Source: Fistulifera solaris (taxonomy: Eukaryota). From it: a stretch of 64,000 nucleotides of DNA. Positions 31,152 through 45,100 of the stretch are shown piece by piece. The notes under the pieces are model-generated. The model had not been told where the DNA came from. It made no database searches and saw only the letters and a program-made list of their open reading frames with translations. The stretch lies in NCBI GenBank assembly GCA_030295235.1, contig AP026134.1, positions 558,001 to 622,000 on the forward strand, read 5' to 3'. How positions within the stretch are numbered: position 1 is the first letter of the stretch; every line of letters begins with the position of its first letter. Both the position numbers and the translations under genes were made by a program.

Positions 31152-34034
31152 ATGTCAGCTTTCCGGGGACGAGGCGCAGTACCGCCGAAGAATTACGTTC
31201 CTGGACTGGGTCGCGGTGCCGCTGGCTTTACGACGCGCAGTGATGTGGGCCCAGTCGTCCCCGAAGACGCCGTCACCGGAAGTGGTAGTCGAGCGGCGGA
31301 AGCGCGGAAGCAATTACAATTTGGAGCCCCGCCCGCCAATTATGTAGCGGGGGCGGGGAGAGGGGCCGGGACTCTAAATGCTCAGGGAGACGAAGGACCC
31401 GTCGGAGCTTACGATAGCTTTTCCGGATATTCGGCGGCACCCCAAAAAGGTCAATACGATGATGACGATGACGAAGCTGATAAAATATGGGCAACTATTG
31501 ATGAGCGAATGAATCGAAAACGAAAGAAAAAAGGCGACAATACACAAGATGATGCTGATGACGACGCTGGTGGACGAAAACGAGTCAGAGCAAGGATCGG
31601 CGCGCAATTTCACGAACTCAAGGAGAAATTAGCCGAAGTCACAGAAGATCAATGGGCTAGTATTCCGGATGTTGGGGATCATAGTTTGAAGTATAAGCAG
31701 CAGAGGCGACAGCAAGATACGTTCACGCCTTTATCAGATTCACTCATCGAGCAGAGGAATAAGTCGCAACTGGACGCGTCGGCAGGCAATGCTGCTCTTG
31801 CGGGTACTACGATAGCAGATGACGGATCTGGGTTCAAATCAGTCGTAGCTGATATGTCTGGCCTCAGTGCTGCTCGTGGTACGGTTCTTGGTATAAGTCT
31901 GGATCGAATGTCGGGTTCAGTTGCCGGCAATCAGACATCAATCGATCCAAAAGGTTATCTGACGAGCCTTTCTGGTATTCAGTCAGTGTCAAATGCTGAG
32001 GTGGCGGATATCAATAAAGCCCGCTTACTTCTTAAGTCCGTTCGCGACACGAATCCAAAACACGGTCCAGGGTGGATTGCGGCTGCTCGAGTGGAAGAGG
32101 CGGCTGGAAAGTTACTGCAGGCGCGAAAAATCATCCAGGAGGCTTGTGAGATCTGTGCCGACAACGAGGATGTGTGGTTGGAAGCAGCAAGGTTGCACCC
32201 TCATGATGTTGCAAAAAGTATCTTAGCTACAGCCGTTCGCCGTGTCCCAAAATCTGTGAAAATCTTTCTCAAGGCAGCAGATCTTGAACATGTCGAAGCG
32301 AACAAGAAAGCAGTGTTGCGAAAAGGTTTGGAAGCTAATCCCTCGTCGATTACGCTATGGAAAGCAGCTATTGCTTTAGAAAATGCTGAGGATGCACGAC
32401 TTCTGCTACAAGTTGCAGTAGAAAAGGTTCCTCATTCGGTAGAAATGTGGCTGGCTCTAGCACGTTTGGAGTCTTACAAAAATGCTCAGAGAGTTCTCAA
32501 TAGTGCAAGAAAAGCTTTACCGAATGATCGGTCGATATGGATTGCAGCTGCGAGACTGGAAGAATCACAAAATCACGATGAAGTCATTGACAAGATTATT
32601 CAGAGAGCTGTCAAGTCTCTTGAAAAGAATGAAGCTGTCGTAACTCGCGCGCAGTGGCTTCAAGAAGCTGAAGCGGCAGAAAGTTCCGGTGCACCATTGA
32701 CGAGTGCTGCTATAATAAAGTATACAATTGGTAAAGATGTTGATGACGAAGATCGACAACGGACGTGGACGGAAGATGCAAAAGGAGCTGCCGCCCGTGG
32801 TTCCATAGCAACTGCCAGAGCTATCCTGTCACACGCGCTGTCTGCGTTTCCAACGAAAAGGACCCTTTGGACACAGGCGATTGATCTTGAACGCAACCAT
32901 GGAACGGCGAAAACGTTGGATGAAGTGCTTGAAGCTGCTAGTGAGCGGCTTCCTCAAGTTGAGATTTTCTGGTTGCTACGGGCAAAAGAGCAGTGGGTCA
33001 ATGGGGATGTGAATAAAGCTCGCGATATTCTTGCAAAGGCTTTTGCTGTGAACCCTGAATCTGAAGCCGTTTGGTTGGCGGCATCCAAGCTCGAGCATGA
33101 GAACGGCGAAGTCGAACGCGCTCGTTTCTTCCTTGAAAGAGCCAGACAAAGAGCACCAACGGCTCGAGTTTATATGAAAGCTGCTCTTCTAGAGAGAGAA
33201 CAAACGAATTTCGATGACGCACTCCAACTAATTGAAGAAGGCTTATCAAAGTTTGTTAAATTTAGCAAACTATACATGATGGGTGGTCAAATATGCTCAG
33301 AAAATTTACCACGCAATAAGACCAGTTTATCACGTGCAAGAAAGTTTTATGAAAGAGGGTTGAAGGAATGCCCTGAAAGCCACATCTTGTGGATTCTAGC
33401 GAGTCGCTTGGAGGAAGAGGCTGTGCACTTTGAGGACGTAGCGACGAACAGTCAAGGGTCTGGTGCAACGAAGGCTAGAAGTATCCTTGAGTTGGCGCGG
33501 TTGAAGAATCCAAAGAACCCAGATCTTTGGCTGGAATCCATAAGACTTGAACGCCGGGTGGGGACAACGAAACTCGCTGAGACGCAGATGGCAAAAGCCT
33601 TACAGGAGTGTCCAAAGTCTGGAATTCTCCTAGCCGAGTCAATATTGAGCAGTCCGCGTGTCGAGCAGAAGTCAAAGGCAGCAGAAGCGATTAAGCGTTG
33701 TCCAGATGATCCTTTGGTTATCGCGGCAGTTGCTTCTCTGTTTGCGTCAGAAAACAAAAATGACAAGGCGCGTAAGTGGTTTGATAGAGCCACGGTTTTG
33801 AATCCAGATATTGGTGACATCTGGGCTCGATTCTATTTATTCGAATTGAAATCCGGTACGCAAGATCAACAGGAAAAGGTCAAAGCGGCTTGCATTGCAG
33901 CAGAACCAAAACATGGAGATATTTGGGCGTCGATTATGAAAGATATGAAAAATAGGGGTAAATCTGTTGCCGAAGGGTTGGAGCTGGTTGCTGAACACAT
34001 TCTACTGGAACAGAAGAAAGCGCTTGTGTCATGA
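31152..34034 (+). CDS. PRPF6: Pre-mRNA splicing factor PRP6 (U5-102K)
   Basis: PPKNYVPGLGRGAAGFTTRSDVGP, IDPKGYLTSL, KARLLLKSVRDTNPKHGPGWIAAAR, then HAT repeats and AEPKHGDIW. Confidence 0.97.
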   Translation: MSAFRGRGAVPPKNYVPGLGRGAAGFTTRSDVGPVVPEDAVTGSGSRAAEARKQLQFGAPPANYVAGAGRGAGTLNAQGDEGPVGAYDSFSGYSAAPQKGQYDDDDDEADKIWATIDERMNRKRKKKGDNTQDDADDDAGGRKRVRARIGAQFHELKEKLAEVTEDQWASIPDVGDHSLKYKQQRRQQDTFTPLSDSLIEQRNKSQLDASAGNAALAGTTIADDGSGFKSVVADMSGLSAARGTVLGISLDRMSGSVAGNQTSIDPKGYLTSLSGIQSVSNAEVADINKARLLLKSVRDTNPKHGPGWIAAARVEEAAGKLLQARKIIQEACEICADNEDVWLEAARLHPHDVAKSILATAVRRVPKSVKIFLKAADLEHVEANKKAVLRKGLEANPSSITLWKAAIALENAEDARLLLQVAVEKVPHSVEMWLALARLESYKNAQRVLNSARKALPNDRSIWIAAARLEESQNHDEVIDKIIQRAVKSLEKNEAVVTRAQWLQEAEAAESSGAPLTSAAIIKYTIGKDVDDEDRQRTWTEDAKGAAARGSIATARAILSHALSAFPTKRTLWTQAIDLERNHGTAKTLDEVLEAASERLPQVEIFWLLRAKEQWVNGDVNKARDILAKAFAVNPESEAVWLAASKLEHENGEVERARFFLERARQRAPTARVYMKAALLEREQTNFDDALQLIEEGLSKFVKFSKLYMMGGQICSENLPRNKTSLSRARKFYERGLKECPESHILWILASRLEEEAVHFEDVATNSQGSGATKARSILELARLKNPKNPDLWLESIRLERRVGTTKLAETQMAKALQECPKSGILLAESILSSPRVEQKSKAAEAIKRCPDDPLVIAAVASLFASENKNDKARKWFDRATVLNPDIGDIWARFYLFELKSGTQDQQEKVKAACIAAEPKHGDIWASIMKDMKNRGKSVAEGLELVAEHILLEQKKALVS

Positions 34035-34236
34035 ACCCCGTTTCGGTCATAGTTGGTTGTTTAAAACGCAAGAACAAAACTCATATAGGAATTCTAAGTT
34101 ATTGCCCAGGTTCATAAATGAATTGTATGTGACTGGAATTCTGTAAAATTCAATTAGGGACAATCTTTAATTACGAAGTATTTAAAATAAAATTATCAGC
34201 CCCTCTAGCTTTCGAGCAACTTTCCGATCTATTTAC

Positions 34237-34467
34237 TTCATGACTGAAATGCAGTCGTGAAGAAAGGTCGCCTACACGTTGATCTATAGTATTTCGATAA
34301 GACGACATTTCACAACGGCTTTCAACATGAAAAAAACAAGACATGCATTCCAAATGCTGTATGATATTAATAACAAATACTATTGTTGTTGCTGAACGAA
34401 AGGAGGTTTAAGTAGCATTGTGGTACGCCGAAACCATGATTCATGACTGAAATGCAGTCGTGGCGAA
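34237..34467 (+). repeat. Dispersed ~230-bp element bounded by two identical 23-bp hairpins
   Basis: TTCATGACTGAAATGCAGTCGTG at 34237 and at 34440. Confidence 0.8.
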
Positions 34468-35023
34468 GTGAAAATACTCGAACCTTACTCGTGGCTGACG
34501 GGTCACGAGCGCGCGAAATGTGCGCGACCAACGGGAAGGTGGAGGGAATGCGGCGGGCCCGCCCGATCGGAACGTCAACACGCAGCCTCGTCTTGCGGTG
34601 AAATACGAAGTTCATGTCCAAGGTAAAAAAGAGAGAGAAGTGTACGAAATCTTTGGCCAAAGCCATGCATCTCGCAATTGCACACAATATCAGAAGCACT
34701 CGCCAGCCATACGCTACAATACGATTTAAGTGCTTTTGAAAAGGTGCGTATCCATCTGAATTGTTCTCGTGACAGGATCATTGCATTCGATTGCTTCTGT
34801 TGTTTGCTGTACATGCTATTGCTAGAAAGCCCCGCTAACGTAGCGGCGCTACGGCTCGAGTACTGCCAGCAATCGTGTGAGAGCTACCGCTGTGTGTGTG
34901 TTCATAATTACCGATCGTTTGTAAGGCCTGGTCTCAGTCTCACATTTTGTGATTTATTATCCGATTCGATAGTTTCTTTTTCCCCCAAGTCGGATAAGTG
35001 CAAAAACAAAGACCTTGATTATA

Positions 35024-38000
35024 ATGGATCAAGACGAAGACCGTGCGGAAGATTCAGCCTTCGACACGGATGAGGATGAGGTCGAAGACGAGAACGAAGG
35101 CGATGGCGTTTCGGACGCGGGAGATGGGTCTGCTGAGGAGGAGGAGGAGGAGGAGGAAGTCGCGGAACCTATGGTGCACGATGAAGATGAGGACGAAGAG
35201 GACGAACATGAAGATGACCTTGGCGGCGAACAAGAAGAAGAGGATATCGACGAAGGAGAAGAGGTCGGACATGAAGAACTAGAGGGCAACGATGAAGAAG
35301 AGGAAGAGGCTGCAGTGGAAAGTGTGGTCAAAGAAAATGGCGACGATGAAGATGATGACGAAGGAGAAGAAGTACTCGCTGCTGTCATCATTGAAGATGA
35401 ACCCATTGCTGCTACAGAGGAAGCAGAAGGTATTGATGTGCAGCCAACGGTGGAGGTTGAAAAAGTGTACAAAGCCAAACCTGTTGCCAAAAAAAAGCAG
35501 GCCATCGTCCGTTGGGAGAAAGAAGAAGAAAGCCGGTAAGATAACTTTATCGGCTGATGGGTTAAGAATGGATGTTCGACCTGAAAACTTAGAAGCTGCT
35601 AAAGATGCGCGAGCCACTTTGCGGGATATGGTCCAAAGTCTCCCTATTCCTTTCGGTGACATTCAAGTACGCTCATTTGGACGGATTCATGTCGAGTCCG
35701 ATAAATCTGCAAAAGAGGCCAAGTTTTCATCCGCAGGCTCTATTTACCCTGTCGGATTCTCTTGTGATCGTTTCGAGTTCAGTCCAGTTCACGGGCGAGT
35801 GCTCAAAATGCGATGCACTATTTTGGATGGAAGAAGAATCAAGCAGTTACAGAGAGAGAAGGGTTTTCCGGTAACGGATCGATTGGCTGACGGGCCAGTC
35901 TTTCGTGTTGTGTGGGGCCAGGGAATAGACGAGGAAAATGATGACGACTTGGGACCGTTTGATCCAGAAATTGATGCACCGTTGATCGATACCTCTAAAA
36001 GAATAACGACAAATACAAGTATGAGACCCAAAGTTGGTATGCAAGTGCAGGTTCGCTTCGGCAAGAATCACACTCACGGCGGGGTAATTACCAGAGTTGG
36101 AGCTGTGCACCCGAGCACGAAAGAATCCAATCGCAAGGGGCTGACCTCAAACCAAGATATTACAATCAAATACGACGATGGCTTTTCTGAGACAATTTCT
36201 TATCCAGACGCCGATGTTGCGTTAGTAGTCCCCGGTACGTTAAAAGGTATCTTGTGGTCGGGCATGTCAAGCGTTTTTAACCTTTTGTTCCAGGACTGGA
36301 ATATGAAATCGACTCTCAAGGTAATGCCGAACTTTTGGAGTGGGGTGGCAAACAAGTTACCTCAGTTGTTGCGAATTCGCCATTGGAAGCTTGGGGGAAC
36401 GTACTTGTCAAACTTGGTCTCGTTGATGAATTGATGCTCTCAAGTGCTCTTGAAGCGGTCGATACTGCTCGAAAAGAAGTCCTGCAAGAAGCTAAAGACA
36501 AATTAGAGGGCAAAGCTAAGACGCCGACAAAAAGTCGCAGCGAGAAGTCAGAGGAGTCACCATGCAGTGTTGGTGAAGCTCCGATGGAAAACAAGGAAAC
36601 GCAAAGTGTAGTGGACAGATCAACGGATGAATTATCTCAGAGTGTTATATCAATGGACGATAGGCAACCAGCGACTGACCAAGAAAACAAGTTACGCGAG
36701 CGGCTTAGTGATCTCCTAGCTCAGCTAGAGCAAGTCGAAGTAGAAGATGGGAAAGCGACGGTAGCCCTTGCGGATTCGCGAATTCATCTTCTCGGTCGCT
36801 TCATGTGCAATCCGTTCCAAGATGATCTTAATGGAAAGGCTCAACAAATAACGTGGCTAGCGACCGCGGTAAGGAAGGAAAAAGCCCGAATGGGAAGTAC
36901 GGGTAATCGAAAGAAAGTCGTCACAGCTGTTGATCTATTGGAAAGAAATGATTCTATCTACAACATTGACATTGAAACGCTTATTGAAGGTCTTCCCGGC
37001 AGTGAATTTTGTAAATCCTACATTTTCCAAGCATTTCGAAGTGGTGGATCGGCCATAAATCGGGCCTGGATGCTCGAGGCTCAGCTTCGACAAGAAAAGG
37101 ATGAGATTAGGCGGATGAAGAAGTCGCGAGAACTGGAAGAAAAAGAGTTGGAGAGAGTATCACAAGAAAGCGAACGAAAGAAGAAACGCCTTCAAAATGA
37201 AGAAGTTCGCGATTCCAGAAAACGACAAAAGCTGGAGGAAGAGGAAGGAAAGAAGAAACAGAGAGTCGAAGAGCGGCTATCTCGTTTACGAGTACAAGTC
37301 GAAGAGCGTCTGCTAAAGGAGGCTGCGGCTCAAAGAGAGAAAGTGTTGACATCTTTCGCCAAGAGTCTTGGTAAGGAATTCATTAGGAGACGAAAAGCGG
37401 CTGAAATCGTTGCACTACAAAACGCAGTGGGTACGAAGCGTTCATTTGAAGCGCAGATGTCGCCATCACACCATCCTTTACCTCCGTCTTCGGAATCATT
37501 CGAAGAAGATGCAGTCCGCGTTTGGAACTTTTTTTCGACTTTCAAAGATTTTTTTTCTGCAACGCGGGTATTTGAACGAAATTCCAAGTCTAGAATCGCT
37601 CCAGAAAGCTATCGACTGTTTGCGGGATCACAATCATTCAAGTATTGATTTGAGAGATGAGGCCATTAACTTGTTAACTGACTTAGCGATAGCCTTGTGC
37701 CAGCCTTTAGCGGCAAGCTTAACCAGGATTCTTTTGCCAGTCTCATTGCCCTGAATCCAACACTCCAGAAGGATTTCGGAGCTGCTTTCTTTAACGAAGT
37801 CAATTCGGTCGAAGACAATGCTGAAGTCCAACAGAGTGATGTCCTGATACCAGTTAACAAGCATACCTGGAGGGATGTAGCACGACAGTCCTTACTTGCA
37901 GATGCGCTTGCTGAGCTCGGGATGCAAAGGTACGGTTTTTCTGATTTTCCTCTTCTGTTCTTTGTCTGCGGGCGCGACCCTGACAAATTTTTTTGTGGTA

Positions 38001-41000
38001 AAGACACGAGGTGGCACACATACTTCGCGGTTACCGATCAGCAGGTCACCCCAACTCCAAAGAAGCTAGACGGCTAAGACAAGCGGAGGATTTTAACGTA
38101 GCCGTTCTTCGCCAGGCAATTCATGAAAGTCGGACGGTCCGCGGGAGATTTTCCGGCGGCGATTCGTTGACGAGAGTAGACATCCCGTGTGACCCACTTT
38201 GCGATCCCTCAGACTATCGGTTCTTTCTCCATGTTATCAACACTGGTGGCGATAATTCTGAGTTTATGAAAGATCACTTGCAAAACGCCATTCGCCTGCT
38301 CGATGAAAGTTCAGATAAAGCCAGTGTTGGACGCATTCGCCAAGATCTGGAAAAACTTCTTACCATGTTTCATGGCTTGGATCTTTCTAACAATATTACA
38401 AAGAGTGACACAAAAATCTTCAGAAAAGTTCGCGATGGTGTAAAGAAGCTTTTAAAAGGCATTACGCTTGATACTAAGCCTGTACCTATGAAACAAAAAC
38501 AAGTCGTCACCAGATCGGGTTATTGAGATCACTTGAGATGAGCTCGTTTCAATACAAGCGGCTTGCACATTCTCGGGAAATTTACATTGAAGAAGCCCTT
38601 AAACTCAAAGAAGATCTCAGCCGCGAAAAGGGCGACGATGACGATGAAGATGACGAGGAAGATGAAGACAACGAAGCGGCGAATGCAGAAGTGCTCGACA
38701 ACGGAGATGATACGAAGAATGAAAACTCAGGAACTACCATTGAAGGTGGAAAGAGTGAAGTAAGCCCGGATGAACAGGGTGTCGATAAGTCTGCTAAAGA
38801 AAAGGAGTTGATTCTTGATGAATTTTTCAAGGATATACCTGGGGCACCAGAAGGGATTCGACGCTGTTTGGCTGTTCTCCGGACACTATCGAACACAGCT
38901 TGTGCCGAGCCCTTTCTATACCCAGTCGATCCACAAAGTAACCCTGCGTATTACGATTCGCTTGTCAGGCCGATGTGCTTACGCGAGGTAGGAAGGCTTC
39001 TTCAAGAAGCAACCGAAGGTATGTTGGGCGCCGATGAAACTGCTAGAATCGTGGCGGAATTTGGGAGAAATATGCGTTTGATAGGTCAAAATTGCCTATC
39101 CTATGCAAATGCCGGTCCAACTGTAATCGCCGCCGGCTCGGAGCTGCTTCGCATCTTTGAGCGGCTTTTTTCTCGATTGGGTTCTTTCCCCGGAACACTT
39201 ATTACCTCCTTTGGACAACCTCGATGATGACAAGTGCATTGAGCCTCATCCAACTGATTCGGAGTCAACTGTACTGTTGTGCGACGGATGCGAGGGCAAG
39301 TATAACATAGCTCGTCTAGATCCTCCTCTTCGTGAAATTCCGAAAGGGGATTGGTACTGTCCAAGGTGTGTCCAGGGAAGGTGGTGGGGGTCGCTTGACC
39401 CAAGAATCGGGAAAAAGATTGAAAAGAGCTTAGGTGATTGTGGGGATTCGAATCCCATTATTCGAGAGGGAGTCGTCGAAAGTTGTTTTCTTGATTATGG
39501 CGACGGAAGTTCATCTCCGTCTTTGGCGTACACGATTGGATTCGAGGACAACAGCCAAGAAGTCTGGAGTCTTTCCGAAATAGATGAACAGCTTTCCTTG
39601 CAAGGATGCCCAGTTCCTCCCATCAAGTACTTGGCTGCAGCAGCAGAGAGTTTAGGGTATGGGTTCGGTGTTGATCACGGTGTCCGACACGATCTTGTTC
39701 CTGTTGCAGCAAATCCAAACGTTTCTGAAACAGCAGCGCAGGTTTCTTTGTCAAGCTCTGTGTTCCGTGACACAATTGCTGCATCAGGTGGCCTGCTAAT
39801 AGTTGATCCACGTGACATGACTGCCGCAGAATGGCTCCGTTTACTTGTCCTACTAGCCATGAAATGTGCTTCAAGCGATGTTCTTCAGGCCTTGATTGGA
39901 AAAATGGAGACTGAAGCCGCCGAGAAGATGACTGGGCCACTCGAATCAGTACAGCAGATTTCCGCTTTATCACAAATACTCCCGCCGGTTGAGATCTCTG
40001 AAGTCACAGATATTCAACTTGCATCTAAACCAAGTGATAATGGACAAACTCCTTGTGCTAAAGAGACTAAAGAGGTGAAAGGTTCTCATGCCGACTCAGT
40101 CGTTGTTGAGGCTAGTTCAGTCGAAGTTGTTGATGAAATTGATGTTGATACTCAAGCTGTCGCAGTTCCTCTGAATGCCAACTCTGAAGGGAATATCGAA
40201 ACGGATGGTCGTGGTACAACAGAAGCATTCCATGATTTTGCGGATCCGCTAGATACTGCCAGTCTTGAAAAGAAAAGACGCCAAAAATCATCGAAGACAG
40301 CTTCACTGCCTATTGCATCAAGAATCAGATCCGATCGATTGTGGCCTCATTCGAAGAGGATATGTTCTCACCCCTTGTCGACGCCGTAATGTCTTCGAAG
40401 AACTCTCCGTTGAGTTTTTCTAGTCTACGGTGCCATAGAGTTACATGTTATTTCTGTGGATTGACTGATGTAGCTCTGGGAGCACCACTGGTGCGTGTCC
40501 CCTCAGATAGTGAATGGGATCAACTTATACCACACTGTGCTAGGGCCCGACAGACTCACCTAATAGCTGAGATACCAGTGCAAGAGACAGCTAGCACTAC
40601 GAAGTTGTTATCTGTTAAGGTTGCGCTGGGAGACGAGCTTTTTCTATTCCGTTTTCTTCGTCTGGCAATGAGACTTTTCTAGACAGCGGCATGATAGAGT
40701 TCTTGCCGAGATCACCATCAGGATTCCAGGATGAGCTCCGATTTCGGACTGACTCGGGACTTCCATTCGTCACTGGTTGTTTATCTGCTCACGAATGTTG
40801 TGCAGTTGCTGCCCACAATGCCCGAAAAGAGAAAATGGTACAATCACACAAAGAAAGGGAAACAGATTGGGTAGAAAAGAAATTTGGTATGGAATGCGGC
40901 AGGACGCTTGAAATTGGTCGAGATTGTGCTGGGAGATCATACTGGAAATTCTTTTCTGACCAAAGTGCTCTTTTGTATGCGGAGTAACGGATATTGACAC

Positions 41001-42147
41001 ACAAGAAGGCTCATGGCACAGATACAACGATAACGCCACGATAGCAAGTGTCATTGTCAGCTTGGGAAAACAACATATTGTCAAAGACTTGAAACGATCG
41101 TATCCGGGTGCTAACGAATTAATCGTTAGTGGCCTCTGGTCAGACCGGCTATTAAAGCGTGCTTTTCCGGGAGTCGCCAAATACCTAGCGGGACGGGTTG
41201 GTCCGAATTTAAATGCTGATGTTGAAAGTGAGAGCGTAATAGAAGTCGAAGGAGGCTTTGAGGTAAGAATTGTTATGTGGTTATCATAGACACGTTACTG
41301 TTCGGACTAACATTTCATAACCACCAGCCCTACAACATAGGGGAAAAGGTTTTAGTGGAAGCTCGCTCAGGGAATTTGCTTTGGGATGCGACCGTGGTTG
41401 GTCAATCATCGCGGAAGAAGGATGGCTGTGAGGCACTAATAATTGACGCCTATCAGGTCAGCTATACCGATTGGAGCTCTCGCTTTACAGAATGGGTGGC
41501 CCCAAATAGAGTTGTCGAACCAAATGAAAACAATCGACTTTTGCAGGTAGGTACTCAAATTCCCTTTGAATAAAAGCAAAGCTGCATCTCAACAAATATT
41601 GGCTGCAATCCAGGATGAGCTTGAGGCGGAGAATACATTTTCTCGTTATGGTCTTCCGCATGAATTAAATAACCTTACAGCTGCGGACTTTCTTGATGCT
41701 AGAGAACGTGCGCGTGGCAAAGATCCTCTTCCCGACTTTTCTCACATCGCACGATGCGATCCTAAAGCGTCTTCTGATGGCAAAACACTTCGCATAATGA
41801 AGGCTGCTTTATTTGCAATTGAAGCTGCTTTGCCCGTAGGGTGCATCGATAACCGTGAAAGTGGACCGTGGAGGAAGAATTTTGCCGAAAAATGGAAACG
41901 CACTGTTGAGGGCGCTGAGGGCCCTGACATTCTTACGCGCTGCACTATTATTCTGGAAGATACCATTTCACAGGAGTGGATCAGAGAAGATATAGGACAT
42001 CTACGATCTTGTTTACCTGCCAGGTGGAAAGCCGTTGGGGAAGGATCCGCGTCTGCTCTTGCTCTTCGGGTCCTTTTGTTGGACCGATCGATCATGTATG
42101 GGCAGATCGACCGCAAGCGTTTCTCGTCGCGCAAAAGAAAACGATGA
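35024..42147 (+). CDS. Very large chromatin reader, MBD9/BAZ-like (acidic tail, FYR-N/FYR-C, Tudor-like, DDT, bromodomain, PHD, WHIM/WSD, chromo-barrel)
   Basis: FYR-N: VRSFGRI..IYPVGFSCDR. FYR-C: SPLEAW and IEGLPGSEFC..Y. DDT-like: VWNFFSTF. Bromodomain: EPFLYPVDP...YY...PMCL...NCLSY. PHD: LLCDGCEGKY...PPLREIPKGDWYCPRC. WSD: IGRDCAGRSYW. Chromo-barrel: YQVSYTDWSSRFTEWV. C-terminal block: AALFAIEAALP. Introns at ~36235-36293, ~37930-38010, ~41263-41327 and ~41548-41613, plus several 1-nt shifts. Confidence 0.8.
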
Positions 42148-42176
42148 TAAGGTTACAACAACGAAACTTAAAAAAA

Positions 42177-45100
42177 CTATAATTGCAATCCAATTCCAAG
42201 TGATTCTGCTGTCTGTTGGATTGCTTCTAAAATCTCCATCATTAAAGCTTTTTGTCGGGCGGCAACTGACACAGGCAAGCCAGTTTGCGTCTCTGCCTTG
42301 CATAATGCGGCAAGTTTTTGCAGCGAAGACGAGCATTCAGCCTTCAAGTCACGTTGAAAAGATTTAAGTCTGCCCACTAATTCTATAATTCGAGACGAGG
42401 CTTTTCGTGCCGCCTTCGTAGCATCAGCCACATTACCCTCAGCTATTAAGGCGACGGGGACACCGACAGGCCCTAGCACTAACGGAAAGCATGCTATAAG
42501 ATGTGCTAAGACAGCACGTACAAGTTTTTGTGACTCAAGCTCCAGGCGAAGACCTTGAAAGAGAACTATACGTAATACTCGACCAGATACGACTAACAGA
42601 TCCACAGATGGCATACTGCTTCGTTCGGCAAGAATATATAAGTATGCTCTCCAATCATTGATAGCTTCTGGGATTGTGTCACAAAAGTAGTCCAACGCCA
42701 AGTCATCAGATACCTGCTTGATAATTATGGCAGCCAGGCCTTCTTGTGAAGCCACCAGTCGGCGGATTACACTTATCGATACCATACATCGTTCTGCAAC
42801 GGCCAGAGTAAAGAAGGACTGACAGAGACACTGCAGAACGATACAATTGCGAGCTGAGATGTACTCGGCGTCGGCACAATTGTCTTTCATCATTCCTTGA
42901 GTCAACCCGTCATTTATTTCAAGAAGGCGACAAAGAACGAAAAGTACAATCCTTCGGAATGCGCTCTTTTGCAAGACGGCAAATGGGACTTTAAAGACTA
43001 GCAATGGATCTCTACACAATACTCCATAGGAATAGTGCGGATGCGGTTTGATTTTATTTCCCAACAAGCCATTGACCGTTGTAGTAATAAGATCCGCATC
43101 ACTGAGCGATCCTGTTGCCATCAAGAAAAGCTTTTCGACGGATGTGTAGAATACATCACCTCTCTCCTTAAGACCCAAATAAATTGCGTTGCGTAGTTCA
43201 ACTTTCCCTACCAACGCCCAGCCTTTCCGGCTCTTTAGGTTAATTACCTGATTCCAAAACGGCACTTCTGGGGCCAATTTTCCAATCAAACGTAAAAAAG
43301 TAAATGATGCAGCCTGACTCATAATATATTGTTTTGAATTTCTGATACACAGTCCATAAATTTCCCGCATCGGGATCGTTCCTAAATCGATACCGAATGG
43401 TGTAGCGGGAACGGCTTCTAAATATTCTAGGCAGTACAAAACCATCAACAAGAAGCGAGCACCTTGAGGGCTCAAAGTCGGGTATCCATGAGCCGATAGG
43501 AAATTCGCTTTTAGACTCTGAACCTGTAGTGGCAACACAAGGGGGATCATCAGATCATTTTCTGATCGGAGAAGCTTTATGGATAAACGCACGAACTCGG
43601 GGACTGCTGAACACAGAAGCAAACTAGTGCTCAAAGATTCATCTGTAAAGATGGTAATCAATAATCTTGTGCAATCGCTTTGCAGTTGGTCCTTAGCAAC
43701 AGCACCACTTTGCTGTAAGAATCTCAGTGTTTTAGAAATCTGAGTTTCAAGTTGCAGTTCATTCGTTGCCTTTCCAGAGAATTTGTGTTCTGGATTCGTA
43801 GAAAACCATTGGCATAACTTAATTGATTTCCCAATAACTGAATTAAAGAACCAAGGTGGAGCATTGGGTTTCATCACTTCCGTCGCGGAAAGCAAACGGA
43901 AAACATCAGAACAAAGATTATGCGGGTTGTTGTAAAATAACGAATCTGTCAACTCCGCGACATGTGCCTCACACTGTCGCGAACGACTAGCTGCACGGAG
44001 CGTATCCCCAAGGCTATCTACAGCTTTCTGTTGATTCGACTCATTGGACATAGTGCTGCTGCACTGAACCATGGCGAAGCTCAGGCTGCAACAGAGTACC
44101 ATGGAATAACATCGATCGAAAGGGCTCGACGCATAGTTGCCTGCATCTCCTATGGGAATTGGAAGATGCTCCCGTATCTTGATTAATGAGCCCAACAACA
44201 ACTTCTGTTTTGTTGCATCAATGACTGTGAGTAAGTTATCAGCTGGAAGGCGAAGAAGTACCCATGATAACGCTGACATAGCAAAGCGAAGACGAGTCAA
44301 CATTTTTGACAAGATTCGGCGGTCGTCAGCTTCACGAGGTCATCCACCACAAATGCAATCACTGAGCTCAGAAATGTCGAATTCTCTGTCAAATGACTAG
44401 CCAATGTCCTCATTTTGACGCGACCAGGACCTTGTTCTTTACTAGATAGCATTTCCTCTTCCGTGGACAGTGAGTCCGTCAACAAGCACAATGCCAACAA
44501 TGGATCATGTTTCATAGCCAGTTCCAATTGGACATCAATCATCACCCCGTCTCGTTCCAACAAACTCCGAATCCGACTCGCTTCTCGCGCTGATAAAGAC
44601 GCTAATGACCGAATGGCTTGCCGCGCGGAGGATGCAATGGCGTGATTTTTGGCTCTGGACTGTGACGCCTTTTCGTAGGCCCGAATGCAACCGCGTACTA
44701 AAGTCGGTATGGAGGCAGGAGCGTTGGCTCCCATACGAGCAATTAAGCTAGGAGTTTGAGGGACAGCGGCTCGACAAAGCGCGCACTGTAAGCAGTAATT
44801 AGAGTTAGTGATTTATGAAATGGGAATCCGCTTGAATATACACTTGAGATTGTTGTATCACACTTACCGCTACATGATCGTGCCTCAAAACTGCCGCGTG
44901 ATGCATAAGCGATACCACAGTAGCTCCTAGATCACTGCTCACCATGGCTCCGCCAACGTTTTGGTCCACTTTAGAGCCCGGTTCGGCCAAGAGCGACTCT
45001 TCCAGGGAGATGGACCAGTCGACAAGCTCATCATCATCCTTTTTGGGTGGTTTCAGTGACTGTACCACCAGGGAAGAAAGTTCCGCCAGTATTCGTACTA

